Shown here in pieces: positions 23,801 through 38,188 of a stretch of DNA of 64,000 nucleotides; the stretch's first letter is position 1, and every line of letters starts with the position of its first letter. The notes beneath the pieces are model-generated. The model had not been told where the DNA came from and made no database searches. It was given only the letters and a program-made list of their open reading frames with translations. Made by a program: the position numbers and the translations under genes. Origin of the DNA: Balanoglossus misakiensis (Eukaryota; Animalia; Hemichordata); the NCBI GenBank assembly GCA_040954595.2, contig CM082585.2:10643995-10707994 (forward strand), read 5' to 3'.

Positions 23801-26800
23801 ATCTCTCGGATTTTCAAATGGTGTCAAACTGAACACGATACCTTCTCTGTGAACATCAAGTTAGAATACAGAAATAATGAGTAACTTAAGACATTCATTT
23901 TGCTGGAGCAGGTAGATAATAGTACATGAATAAATTTTTATCAACTTCCTGGAGAGAACTGAATGAAGATATTTCCAGTGTTTTTTGAGATATAAGAATT
24001 GACTCCACATACTTGTGTAGAGCAGCTACGGCATCTCTGGTTTTGATCTGATCCAATCCGAATGTGAGCGAGAATCTCCTGGCTAATTCTTTGATAGCGT
24101 TCATTTGTTGTGCAGCTCTGTCTTGATCAAACTCCTCCTCGTCTTTCATTTCTCTGAACAGCTGTCAATCAACAAGGAAAATAAACATCAGTGTTTCTTG
24201 CACACCACTGTGATCTCACTCACAAACTGGTTAATTCAAAATGGCAGCATATTCCTGGGTGTTCCTTGGGCCATGATGGATTGCATCACAAAACAAATTC
24301 AAAATGGCGGCATGACAAAGTAATGGACATTACTTTTAGACCTTACCTGAGCCAGACTTAGTCCCAGCGTCCTAGCACAATCAACTTTATTAATCTCCCT
24401 GGATTTGGCCAATGTCATCTTGATAATATCTCCATAGTCATTATAATACTGCAAAAATCAAACACATCTATGAAACTTACAGTGACGAGATCTGTTTATG
24501 AAAAATAAACCGCTCAGGTAATAAACTATTATTGAATTAATTATACAGTATTACTGTAATTTAAATTTCGGCAAAATATTCACCTTCATGTAATGTTTAA
24601 AGACTGAAGCAGCTGCCTTCATCTCAATGATGTTGAACACGATGAGTTTACAGAAGCATGCCAGCAGATTCCTTCTTTTGTGAAGCATTTCAATTTTAGC
24701 CGAGTCGTCACCTTCCTCCTCGTCATCATGTCCTGAAATCAAAGACGGAGAAAATCTGTTAAAAAGAGGGTTGACAGCTTGCTGACAAATCCTCTCTATC
24801 AGAATTGACTCACAACGGACTGTAGTAAAACATGCTTGGTCAGTATGAGTGATAAAACAAGTGACTTACCTCCATCTTCATCCTCTACAAAGATGTTTTC
24901 TGAAATGAACGAGGTCAGATTGTCCTGCAGGTCCCTGTCTGGCGTGTACACCAATGAGTCCAACACGGCGGCACTCTTCCCCAGCTGTTTGCTGAAGGTC
25001 ACCAGAAGGTCACAGACCGTGATGAAGGCCTCCTCCTTGACATTGGAGTTGGAGTTGATCAGCATGAGGTTGTTGCACTGTTTGATGGTGTCCGATACGC
25101 GCTTTCTCAGTTTTTTCATATCGCCCTGTAAATACAGTCATAAAGTTATTGCTGTGAACATTTGTGGGATTACAATGTATTGATGCCATTTCTAGTCCCC
25201 AAGTGCAGCTGCCCTTCCCCTATCCAAGTCCCCCCCCCCCCTCAATTTTTTTTTTATCAAACACACCTTGTCTGGATTGCTTTCATCCAATCGTTTCAAA
25301 CTCCACATCAGAGCACATTGGATACAGCTGATTGCCTTGGTGAGGATCTCTTCCGGGACACTGCGATCATTCCCCTGCTTGACCAGAGTGAAGAGCATGT
25401 CGTAGAGACTCCATCCAGTCAGATCATGATAGCTGGGGAAATAAGGATGTTAAATACTGATAAAACAATTTATATTCTCAATGGCACAAATCTTTGGCCA
25501 CTGCTTGGAAGACCATGTACCAGTGTGATCAGGATGCAATGGCTAATATTTCAGTGCATACTTGGGTTCCGAAATAATAACTTACTTGTAGAAGGCATTG
25601 ATTCTCTTGATACTGGAGGATACAGCATAGATTTCGTCTTCGTCTGGTTCATCCGACTGAAACATGAAAATAAAGGAGTTTTACTTCAGGCTTTATCTAA
25701 TATTTTTCATTTCCTGACTGTGCAAAGTTTTCCCAGATCACTTAGAAAAACGTAAAATCAAGGAATGTAGGTGGAAGTACAGCCAGTCACAAACGGATCT
25801 GAGTTTTGGCATGCTAATATCTGTATTGCTAATCCTGTATTCATCTAAAGAGCAAAGAAATAAACCTGTTACCTCCATGAATGCTTTGTAGCTCCTCTTG
25901 GTTTTCTCTGCCAAGGCGTCAATCAATGTACTCCTGGCAACATCCACTTTGGGTTGGATGGCATACTCTTCATTACACAGGTACTCGATTGTCTTAGCAC
26001 ACGCGTCTAGCACCTAAGAACCACAGATGATGGAAGATGTCAGGGACATGTTCACAACTAAGTTTTTAACTGGGTGAGCTCTGGGCTAACCCCAGACCAA
26101 CCTGGGTTAGCTCATTTAGCACAACACTACCACACCCCATTCCTTGCTGATACTTGTACATGTATATCACACTCTAAGTTGTATCTGCTGTCCGTTCTTT
26201 CCCTTTATGCGTACGCTTCCTTAAAAATATGATTCAGGCCATATGATGTACGTAATGCCATGTTATTAACCCACCTCAGACTCAGTATGCTTCTCGACGA
26301 TTTCCTTCATGTGTTTCAACAAGATATCCAGATGTTTCTCCAGTCGACTTGTCGTGTAGATCTCCACATCAAAGTGTTGCGGGATCTCCAGCAAGTTGGC
26401 AACCTTCTCGGCATCAACGAGGTACTGGAAAGACAGACGTAAAAGACAAATAAAGATGATGTTCTTCAGAATATGCACACTGTGAAAATTCAGATTGTTT
26501 TTTCTAACACACATGAAACCAGCCAACCATGCTGAACTTTGACCAAGCGCTACCTCAACAAAATCAAACTGCCTTGAGCTTCAATGTGAAAAACACGAAT
26601 ACTTGAATCTTAAATTGTTTGAATGATGCACCATGATGGGTAGCTTACCTTAGCAAGAAGATCTGGCAATTTGGTGATGAAATGCTCTGAGAGTTTCATC
26701 TTATCATCCATCACAGCTTTCTTCTCCTTGCTCGTTAAAATTTGCTGGTGGAACAAAAGAGTACAAAATATTTGATGCATGTGGTTAACATATGTCATTC

Positions 26801-29800
26801 ACTTAACATTTCCACATATGTGTCAACCCCATTACACAGTAGACTGTCCAAGTCTTCAATGGGGATGAACCATAGAAGATCAGAGCAAGGGGGTAGAGGC
26901 ATACACACCTTCTTAGCAGATCCTCTTCCAACAGGTGGATGTCCTTGAGCTGCCTGTCTGACAGCACTCACCATGACCTCTATTAATGCTGTCTCTTGAC
27001 GATCATCCATGGCTGAAAGACATTGGTAACAAAGACTTATTATAACCAGTCCCAAAAAATATTTCAAGCAAAAATGTCATTGTTCTTGAGTGGTCAATCT
27101 ACCATTAAAATATTGTTGGAAGATATTTTCACAAAAAAGTGACAATTTGCTTTGAATATACAGATTGAGAGATAGTCTTACCATCTTCGCCCCTGCCCGG
27201 TTCTTCAAGTAACAGCTCGGTCAGACAGTCCCAGTCTTTGACCATTTCGTTGATATCCCACAATGCATCTACCAAATATGCAGCATGTTCATGAAGCTAT
27301 TGGGGGGGGGGGGGGAACAAGAGAAAAACATTCATGAAGATAGGGGACAGAAACACCCATTCATTTCAGGTGAGTCATCACAGTAACAAACGTCGTGTAC
27401 CACGAGCAAAATTTCATGTCTCAGTTGTAAAGTAGTTTTCATACCTCGCTTTCAATGAAGAACTGAACCATATCCTTGATAAGTGGAGCATTGGGACTAC
27501 GTCTCTTGTTGCTACGGTGACTGGCTTGCACATCATCCCGTTTGAAGAGACATTCATTGAGGAACTCCCCAGCAGCCTGGGCTACATTACGATGAGATGA
27601 GTACACAAGTTGGTAGACATTCTCTCGGTCTTCAGAGGGCAAGATTTCTTCATTGAACCTGAAAGACAGCATGGTATAAATAAAATACTCAGGTCAATTA
27701 CTCGACACTGTGAATCTAAACATTCCATCGGCTATCAAAATATGATTGACAATCAACATATCTTGCAAAGGTTTTGACTTACTTGAAGATCAACGTGACA
27801 ACCTTGATGGCTTGCACAGCTACATCAACTTCCTTATCCAGCGTCATGGAAACGATACGATCTTTGAACCTGTTTGTGAAGAGTTCCAGTTTGGGGGCGA
27901 GCTCCGGGTTGGAGTAGAGAGGAATCAGCGCAAACAAACATTTCTGTCTCACCTCACCAACCTGGTGGAAAGAAAACAGTTGGGATGGTGACCAAGTCAC
28001 AATTTCTCAAGAATATTTACTATATTGTGAACAATCTCTGTTATGTATCAGCAATTACATGATATTTAGTCCTCCACATAAGAATCATGATGGTATACTA
28101 AATGAATTTTAACCACTCACTATACCATGGCTGAGGATGGTGACTGGGAAATCTCACCTTATCATGCAGAGTCCAGCCAACATACTTGAGATAGCTGTCA
28201 CTCAGGAAAGTCTCGCTGTAGTTCTTCATCCAAATACCAATCTCACCGAGACAGATGGCTCTGATTTCAGGCTGTGTGTCTCTGAAGTACAAGAATGAAT
28301 GGATTTGAATAATCACAGAACCGATTAGACTTGTTTTAACAATCACATGGCAGTGTAGGATAATAATACTAACCTGTATCTGTGCACAAACACTCCTTTG
28401 AATATATTATTCATCATCTGATTCACTTCCTCCATATTTTCTTGAAGTTCCTTTCTCTTTGCCAGCAACATCTCAAGACGTTCGGCAGCTCTCTTAGGCA
28501 TCTGTTTGGCCTTCTCAGCATCGTATTGTCTTTGTGTGTTGTCCTGGCTGACACTTAGATTCAAGGCAACGTTGACCAGAGCTGTCATCAACTTCATGGC
28601 TGTGCAAAAAAAGAGACGATTTGTTGCAAATAGGAGCTAAAATACTGTGATCGACCAATGGGGTCTAGCAATTATACAACTCTTGTGTCTCCACACATCG
28701 TGTCAATTTTCATACACCCGATGGATGGTTTTAACTTACCTGCCAATGTACTGGTGTGTCTGAAAGCTCTGACTTGGGAATCGCTCAGTCCAGTCAGGAG
28801 TGAGATGACATTGTCCATCAGGTACTGGTCGTACAATATGCTGTATTGACACTGGCGTACCAACAGCTGAACAAACTCACAGAAGTTGTTCTTAAATTTT
28901 CTGAATGCTTGGCCGGTTTGAATCAAAGGGTAGTCTCCACTCTCCTGTTATGACGAGGGGGAAAAAGAAAGAAATTTAAATCAGATACTAGCTGCATCAT
29001 TAGAGATCCACCACAAAGCAATGAGAAAATGAACACACATGATTTCTGGGCTTGAAGCCAATCCAATTTATTCAGAATCAGCCATTTCAAATCGACAAGA
29101 CGACAGCATAAACAGGATCAGACTTTTTTATTTATTTAAAAAAAACAAAAAAACAAAACAAGATCAGACTACTCTACCTCATCAAATTCCTCTGTCATTT
29201 TTCTGATGATGTCACTGTAGTCCATGTTACCAGACACGTACATCTCCGGTGTGACCACACCCTTACAGCCCGAACACTGCATGAAGTAGTTGATGAGATC
29301 AATGACAGCCGCATCTCGGTCATTCTTGTATGATTCAATCCATTCATCCACCACAGACTAGTATGTGAAGAAACAGTTAACAGAATTACAAAGGGTTCAA
29401 TCATTCAAGATTTCTGTCTTGTCCAAGAGCTTCAAGGTCAAATGGTGTGGTATCCCTAAAGTGTCCTGACTTACCTGAAGTGCACCCTTCCCTTGTTTCA
29501 CAATTTCAAATAACGTGACTGGCTCAGCACCATTCTGTTGTTCTAAGTCCTGTTGAACCTTGGCCTTGCTTTTGCCTCGTTTGCCTTTCTTACCCTGGTG
29601 TAAACAAACAAACAATAATCATCATCATCATCATCATCGACGTTGTCGTCGTCATCATCATCATCATCATCATTTTAGACACTGTCCTTCTGAGGTAGCA
29701 TCACACTCTCAGCTGTTGAAAAGCCAACAAGCAAACATACAACACAATTTCAACCCCTGTTTCCCTCTTTCAAACTTACCCCGCCACCTTTGCCAGATTT

Positions 29801-30244
29801 CTTCTTCACTTTGGCAGGTTCATGCTCACCCTCCTCACCACCAGAGTGATGGTGTTCAGCTGGTCTACTCAGGCACAACAGAAAAAAGAGTAGTCATTCT
29901 ATGAGTGACACATGATTCAAAATGCTACTATGATACTTATTTTTGTGTGTGTTAAAAATACTATCTAAACAGCCCCCTTTTTACCATAATAGTGTGCAGG
30001 TGAATGTTCATGTGCCATAATTTCTCAACTACATTACAAAGTTCACCAAAATCTTTTAAGATCACGAAGCCAGGAACCCTCACCAGGAAAACATAAATTT
30101 CAAAAGTGCTTACTGTGCTGGAGTAGGAGTTGGTGGGAAGAATTCAGCAACTGGATCTTGAGATGGCCCAGGTTCTTCATGCATACTCATGGCAGCTGCA
30201 GCCGCAGCATCTTTCCCTTTCTTACCAGTTCTTCCCGGCATCAT
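20834..30244 (-). CDS. STAG1: Cohesin subunit SA (STAG1/2/3 ortholog), more than 20 exons
   Basis: Exon peptides include [104 protein letters not shown] and [28 protein letters not shown]. The start (MMPGRTGKK) is at 30244. The last exons (22040-22161, ~21655-21744, ~21320-21457, terminal EEMETGY* at 20834) are less certain. Confidence 0.95.
29618..29672. repeat. Interrupted (CAT)n/(CGT)n microsatellite in a STAG intron
   Basis: Runs of ATC interrupted by CGT/GTC units. It explains the spurious poly-His ORF at 29560. Confidence 0.9.
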
Positions 30245-31718
30245 TTGATATTGATTATATCACCACAGAACTACAATATTGGATGTGTTGTAGAAAAAAA
30301 TGCTTATTTAATGTGAAGTACCAATTGTAAGTTTAATTTTATAAATGAAAAACAATGTAAATATATTAAAGGCATGGTGTAATTCTCTTTCCCGAAAAAA
30401 TATATACTCATTTATTTGGATTCATGTTTATAAAAAATAACAAAAATAAAGGTTGGGCGACTCATCATCACATTTCGCATTTCTGACAACTTGGCCTGAT
30501 GAGGGCGCTCGTTAGACAGCTAAACAATTATCACTCAAAACAACACTATTTTCAACGATTTATTCCGAGTTCAAACCGTGTCGAGGGAGCCGAAACCGTG
30601 TCAGCCAGCGTAGGACTTACTGCGCAAGTCTCTCGCTTCCAAAACTGGACAAAACTGTATCTACCACAGCTCAGCAGACAACACAAAAGCTTGCGCTGCT
30701 GCCAACAGACGCCATTTTGGATGCAATTATCCGCTAAATCAGCTTCCATTGCCGGTGTATGTCAGTATTTTACGAACCTACGGCATACTGTGAAGTGTCT
30801 TATGCAAAAAAATGAGATGCATAACTTAAGAAAAATGTAATAACTACCTCACACGCCTCTCCTCCAGATAAGCGCGATTTCCAAGGAATGCCAATGATTT
30901 TGGTTTTCCCGGGAAATATGCTTTTCCGTCGCTTGTTTGAACCTTTATTTTGGCGCGGTACGTGACCCCTTTCCGCCCGACAAGCCCCGAGAATAGCCGA
31001 ACGAAATCTAATGCAGTGATTTTTGGTTAGATGTGGTTATTGGATTTCTTACAACGATAGTTGTGTACATCACTGTCTTAAATACGTTTTATACCTTCCA
31101 TTGAGTTGATTTGATGAATAAAATATATTTTATTAACTTGGGGAAATGATTATTGGAGTAAATAATTTCAAACAAGATGGCGATATGCAGGAACTCTTGC
31201 AAATGAACTCTGTCAAGTTTTGAGTTTTTTGAGTGAGAAGGTGAGACTTGGTCAATTTCAGAACATAGTTCCTGCCTATTCGAAGCAGTTACTGGCAATG
31301 GTGTCATCTGACAGTGCAAACTTGACGGCAAATGACGTAGGGTTAAGAATGAACCGTCAAAAGACGAAATCCAGGGTTGTGTGTGTGGGTGGGGGGGGGG
31401 GGGGGTAAACAAGCTCTCACTAGTCTCAGATCACCAGCAAATTAAAGAGAGAAGTTATATATGCATGCAGCATTAAAGGCAGTGACTTTAATCATTTGAC
31501 GTTGAGATGCAAACGCATATTGTAATCACTAGCTGAGAAGTTGCCTCTTTGCTCCTACTGAAGTCCTGGATTCACCAGGTGTAAATTTCACTGTCAGTTT
31601 CACTGGTGATACCAGTGTATGAATGGAAAATAATACAAATAGTATGAGTATTGCCAGAGTGATATCATATTAATGGGATTCATTTTTTCTTGTTTTAAAT
31701 TCAGTGATAATAGCCATT

Positions 31719-34700
31719 ATGTCAAAAATTCATCGGAAAGTTACTGTGGATAACTCCAAGACAGTGCAAGAAACTTCTTCTAGCTCAAGACGAAGACCAA
31801 GTGTATTTGAGAGACTTGGACCTGGTGGTGGTGGTGGTGGAGGTGGCAGTGGCAGTGGAAGAGAGGTATACTTAGTAAAACATGCCAATACATTGTGACA
31901 TGGAAATCGTTGGAAACTTACTTGTGACTTGAAATATAACACAGACCAGATTTTACACAGGTTCAAGGTCTGGTAAGCGAGACAGTCTCAGCATACCATT
32001 AACTCACCAAACAAAACCAAATATTTCTGTTTCACACGTTTTCTTGCATTTCTCGAAAGCAGCGAGCCAGTGTTGACAGCAACAGGCAAGAAACATGCCG
32101 TAACTGGTTACACGAGGGTCACTGTCCCTATGGCAGCAAATGCCGATTTCAGCATAATCTACCATCCAGGAAGAGGGCAAGGAGTACCAGGTAATTTTAT
32201 ATAATTTAGCTTTAAATAAACAGAATAGAAGTTATACAAAGGTGATTATTAACAGGCATAGCAACAGTGTAAAGTCTGCTATGGGAGTACTGAATGTATT
32301 TTTGTTCAGGTCACCCGAGAGGAGAGATGTTCTAGATGTTGCTACCATGGTAGTGATGATTTTATTTTTGTTCAGGTCGCCTGAGAGAAGAAGAGATGTT
32401 CTAGATTTTGAAGATTTAAGACACAAAGTTGGCTACCGAAGAAGTGAAGGTTCAAGTGAACGTAGAAGTAGAGATGGATCTCGTTCACCAAAGGTACAAT
32501 GTCAATTCTCTAATTGCTGTCAGTTTTGTATTGTTAGAAAAGTCTCTTGTTACTGCCAAAAAAAGCCTATGTCTGTCTTAGTATATATTGTTACTGATAT
32601 GACATCTTTATTCTTTCTTAGAGGGAGAAATCCCGGCATAGAAGGGATAATGATAATGATGAACCAGTGAAGGGCAAGAGACGGGAAATCAGCCCGATGG
32701 TGCTAACCCGGGAGAGGTCACCTGGAAGTTATCGCGAAGAGCCACCAGCTGACTGGGATCAGCCTGTGGAATTGCCAGAAGCAGGTCAGTGGCATTTACA
32801 GAGACCATGGTCATAAACGTTGAAGTTGCCGTGACCACGGACCCACCCTTAAGAAACTTTCAATTCATGTGAAAGATGGAATGACATATTTTATTTCTAC
32901 AGAAGAGTGGGAGAGCGGAAACGAAAACCTGCTTGACTTTGAACGAGAGCTGACTCTTGAGATGAGAAGACAACAACTACAGAGGGAACTGGAATTGGAA
33001 ATTGAAAAGGAGAAGAGAGAAAAGGAGAATGTCATCGTTGAAAAACAGGTTGGTTTCTCCAGAGAAGAATGAACCATTCAACGATCACACATGCAAATAA
33101 CCCTGTAAAATTTAAATGACTGATTAGTGTATTTATTTTTACCACTGAAGGTTTCTTCTGAAGAATCTCCATCTCCAACCAAAGGACGCAAAGAAATCCG
33201 CTCACCAAGCCCCCCTCTCGGCAAAAACAAAAAACGAAAATCACGAGAGAAACGTAAAGGACCATGGACGCCGCCTGGATCTCCCAGGTAACTTTAAACA
33301 GTGTTGATAGCGTGGTTACATGTGGTTTGGGCAATTAGTGAAACAGACAGTATCAAAGCTGAATAATACCCTAAGGGACCAGATTCTACAGTGCTCCATC
33401 AGTCATGGTTATTAAAGGTCTACTAAATTTCAGCAGTGTTCATTTCATAGTCAAATTAGTGATTTCCCAGCAAAAATGGTGCTGTTAAATTCCCAGTAAA
33501 ATTATACACACCATGCTAACTTAACTCCAACATGTTCTGCTCAGGGACAAACGAGGCCCACAAACACCGTCATCTGAACCACCGCCACCACCCCTGCCAC
33601 TGCCACCACCGCCAAGAAAGGGGCCACGAACACCAAGCCCTCCACTGGAATCCCCACCATTCAAGACATCATCCAAAAAATCCCACAAGTCACCACACCG
33701 TAAAGGACCCCATACTCCAAGCCCACCACCTCCAGAAGAATTCGAAGTTGTGTCTCCAGTCAAAATGAAAAAGAAGAAGAAAATTCACCTGGAAGAAAAG
33801 GCAGATAAGAAAACCAAGCGCAAGTAAGGAGATGATAGCATGCAACTGACTGATTTCACCATTGATGTTATATAACGTATTCAAGGGGTAGAAAATAACC
33901 AACATGTGCAAAAAATAATCAGCTGTGAGCAGTGTGTGTGAAGCAATTCTAACTTTTGTTGTTAACTTTTGTTTCTCGTCAGAGACCAACCTGCCCCTGT
34001 TGTCGTCGATGCCAATCCACCACGCAAAAAAGCCCGGTCACCAAGCCCACCACCGAAAAAACGTAAAGTGCACTCTCTAACCCCAAACACTCCTCCTCCA
34101 CGTCAAAGATCATATTCACCAAAGAGGAGGACCCCTTCGCCAAAAAGAAGGTTGTCACCTTTGAGGAAACGCTCACCTTCACCCAAGAGGCATTCCCTAG
34201 AAAGACGACCCCAGCCACAAATGGAGAAACGTAGGTCTCCGTATCCTTCTGGTATGTGTGATTTTTTTTATTTTCAATTTTCAGTTTCAACATGTTATGT
34301 GTAGATGTGTGTCTCATTACTTCACATACAATTTTATTTTTATTTTCTCAATATATGTTCATATTATGAATGATTGATTTGATAGTGAATTGTTTTAATG
34401 AGCTCAGCACAGAATATCTGCATGTTATGATGGGTAATTTTGATGAGCAGTGGAACAAAAGTGAGAGAGTGATACCAGTGCTGTATCTGCAGAGCAATCT
34501 CATTCATTATTCAAAACTTGAATGTTACAGAAAAAGGCAAAAAGAAGAAAGGGAACCGCCTTGCATCTAAGGAGTCCAGATCTGGCGATACCAGCAGAGA
34601 ACGTGGCAAACAGCACATGGAGAGCAAGGAAAGCGAACGGCTTGAGAAGAGAGAGATGAGCAGGGAGGATGTAGAGGTCTCCCGGAAAGAGAGAGAATCC

Positions 34701-37700
34701 AGGCGCGATGAGTGGGAAAGGAAGCAGGAAGAGAAGAGGGACACAAAGCATGAAAAACAGTTGGATCGGGGAACAGAGCATGTCAGGTATTGTCAGTTCA
34801 GTTGTTGGGTTAAACTGAATTTTCATGGGTTAGTTACTGCAGTAGCAAATTTGATGGCACTCTTGTATATTTAATGGTAATACAGTATCTGGCATTTGGT
34901 GAGCAAGTTAAAGTTGTATCAGTCCTCTGTGTGACTCAATATTAAATCTTCTGTGAAATCTGATCAATACTTGTTGCAGACGTAAATTCCGAGATGAGAG
35001 GACTCCCCCATCCGGCAGCCATAGAGGTCAGCACGATTCCCCTGCCAGTCACAGTACAAGCAGTCATGAAGGAGATCGCAGGGAACCCAAGCTTGCAAGT
35101 AAAGTTATTCCAACACGGACTGAAAGACGAAGTGTGACACCACCCAGCAAGTCAAAGAGATCTGAGCCATCTCGCGAAGGGAGGTATCCGTCAGAACGTG
35201 TGCGCAGCCGAGATGAACCCTCTGATTATAGGTATTCAGGAAGGCACGGGAAGTTTGCTGAACAACATGACCGTGGTGTTAGGAGTAAGGTTGAAAGATC
35301 ATCTGCTTACAGAGATTATGATGACAGAAGTCGAGCCCGAGAACCTACCAGCAAGTATGAAACCGAAAGAGAGGCCCGCAGCAGAGAGGGGCATTTTCGA
35401 GACAGATCAGGACAAAATCGCAAGCGTGCCCACTCAGACATCGAAGATCAATCAGGGAGTGATTCACCCTACCGGAAAAGACGACGCGCGACAGAGAGAC
35501 GCGACAGTCCTCAAATCAGAGGAGAGGCGTACCGAATATCAAGACTGGAAAGAGCAAGAGAAAGGACATCTCCGCAGCCCTCTAGGAGGGAACAGGAGAA
35601 GGAAGAAAGAGACAGACCAAGAAAACCGAAAGAAGTTATGCCAGAGCCTGTGCAGGCGACAGAAGAGGTTTTCAGTGACTGGTCGGACGCCAGCGTCGGG
35701 TCGTTCAGCGAAACCCAGGTCAAGAGCAGAAGCAGCAGTCACAGTGCTGACCAGGATGCTGGGCTTGAATCTAGGGGCAGTGCTTCCGAGTACAGACAGC
35801 GTGAGAAACTGGGTGGCAGAGACTCTCCTGTGGCTGAAATCAGAGACAGGTACAGAAGAGAGGAGGAGAGGGAAATTGATAGAGACAGAGACACTACCAG
35901 AGAGAGAAGCAGGACCAGAGAGACAAATATGGAGAGGGATAGGGAGAGAAATATGGACAGGGATAAGGAGAGAAACGTTGAGCGAGATTGGGAGAGGAAC
36001 ATCGACAGAGATCGAGATAGGAATGCTGACAGAGAGAGGAATACAGACAGAGATAGAGAGAGAAATGTGGACCGTGATAGAGAGAGAATGATCGACAGAG
36101 ATAGAGAGAGAAACGTTGAACGAGATTTTGATAGAAATATGGACAGAGAGAGGGACAGAGATAGGGAGAGAAATACTGACAGGGATAGGGACAGAAATGT
36201 GGACAGGGATAGGGAAAGAAACGTTGAAAGAGACTTAGAAAGAAGTGTTGATCGAGACCGGGAGAAAATGACAGACAGAGACAGAATCACTGACAGAGAC
36301 AGGGACAGAAATATGGACAGGGATAGGGAGAGAAACCTGGACCGAGACCGAGAGAGAAACCTGGACCGAGACCGAGAGAGGAACCTGGACCGAGACCGAG
36401 AGAGGAACTTGGACAGAGACAGGGAAAGGAACCTAGACAAAGACAGGGAGCGAAATGTGGAGAGAGAAAGGGATAGAAATATGGAGAGAGATAGGGAGAG
36501 GATTGCCGACAGAGATAGAGAGAGAAGTAAAGAGAGGTTAAGAGAGAAAGAGAGACTTAGTGAAAGTGACAAGGATGTAAAGAGAGTTTCTGAACTCATG
36601 GAGGAAGAGCGATTGCAGAGGAGACGGAGTCCAAGCATTGGTAGCTCTTCAAGTATGCATAGCTCGATTGGTTCAGACAGAAGACGTGAGGGGCGCGTTT
36701 CAAAAGAGAGTACCAGTGATCGAGATTCCATCAGACGAGACGAGGAGTTTGGAGTGGACAGGGAGAGTGAGAAACTCTCAGACAGGGAGAAGACGGGCGG
36801 TCCTGGCAGAGAGCGGGCGAGGACCCGGAGTCGATCTGAAGAAGAACCGGTGTCGTCTGAATCGGAAGTTCACAGGGATAAGGTTTCCGTTGAGGAACAA
36901 GAGAAAGATGACCGGAGAACCGTAGATGAGAGTGGCTCTTCAGTGCCTGCAGAGGGTGAAGATGATTTCTCATCTGGCGTTGCTGCTCCCTATGGTGACA
37001 CTTATGAACCTATCAGTGACGATGAGCTTGAAGCCATGATTGGGGAAGATTCCCAGAGGGAGGATGAAGAAAAAGTAGAACAGACTGGGGAAACCCCAGT
37101 AGGTATGTAATTCATTCGTTATGTTATGGCCAACTATCGTTTGCTCTTTATTCTGAAAAATCAATAAACAGAAGAATCACTCATTGTCTCATATTCAGAC
37201 AAAATACACTTTGTTTTAAAATTAATTTCCCTGAAATTTCAGAGCATGTAGACGTACTTGATGTTGACTTTGCAAGTCTGATGAAGGACACACAAGTTCA
37301 GGAAAAGGACACTCAGCCTGTGACGGTCCTGAAGAGGTTCTCTCCGGGTAGCGTTCTGGCAAAGATTGGAGTTTCCAAGACCTTGGCTGGACCGAAACTG
37401 ATGGCAGAGATTACTGAGGTCTGTGAGAAGGCACTTGCTGAAGGTAAGATTATTGCAAGAACTTTCTCATTATACACCTTACGCTATCATGCAGTTAGCT
37501 CCCTTTTGTAGGTATCATTATAATAATTCAGTCAGTTTATATTGTTTTTATGATATAACGGTTATTTCCTTTGACTTTATCAGAGTGGCATGGTCCCAAG
37601 CTGAAGTTGTTCCAGAGTGATCTTGGAATCTTCAATGCAGCATCTCTGAAGAGACAGAAGCAGCGTGCAAAACTCTTCACTGATATCGGTCCATGTAGGC

Positions 37701-38188
37701 GTGCTCTGTGTGCTCGCAGGGACATGGCTATCCGAAAACAGCTCCGAAAACCTGACAAGGTGAGAGATGTGGCTTTTGCAACAGAATCAGACGGTATTTC
37801 ACAAGTTTCCATGCTTAACTCTGATACCTTACAGGTCAGGGGTGCGTTCTTGAATAAAGCGTTCAAATTGAACACTGGATTAACCCCTCCATTCTGCAGT
37901 TGAATTTCAATACACTGCAAGCTTATTAAAGCTCTGTAAAACTCGATTTAGATCTAACCGTAAGGACTGAATCAAAATTCACCATTTTGATTGCAGGATG
38001 TTGACCAAAGTGCCTACACAGCGCTGGACATTGACCCTGAACTGTATCGTATGAGCATCCAGCTGTTCCGTTCTCAGAAACCGTCACCCAGGGACACTAC
38101 AGCAGCTGCTGGTGATGACACAAAACAAGTTCCACATTCCACTGTCGTGACACCAGTGTCAACCCCAACTGAGGTCACTGTGACTTAA
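31719..38188 (+). CDS. ZC3H13: Zinc finger CCCH domain-containing protein 13 (m6A writer complex subunit, Flacc)
   Basis: N-terminus MSKIHRKVTVDNSK...RRPSVFERLGP, CCCH finger CRNWLHEGHCPYGSKCRFQH, LDFERELTLEMRRQQLQREL, an RS/RD/RE-rich middle, FSDWSD and YEPISDDEL motifs, and C-terminal LFTDIGPCRRALCARRDMAIRKQL. Confidence 0.95.
35860..36560 (+). repeat. Coding tandem repeat, mostly 24-bp units (RNxDRDRE), inside the large ZC3H13 exon
   Basis: Repeated AGAAACCTGGACCGAGACCGAGAG-type units, nearly perfect at about 36330-36440. Confidence 0.9.

Noticed and set aside
26080-26112. GCTAACCC...GGGTTAGC inverted repeat in a STAG intron
   Set aside because: Possibly a MITE relic, but single copy here with no definable ends.
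34241-34248. GTATCCTT U12-like donor in ZC3H13
   Set aside because: It lies in coding sequence (SPYPS). The next exon's phase fits the ordinary GTATGT donor at 34252, and there is no U12 branch point.
35198-36731. 297-aa alternative-frame ORF and 330-aa antisense (LS)n ORF
   Set aside because: By-products of the stop-poor purine-rich repeat in ZC3H13.
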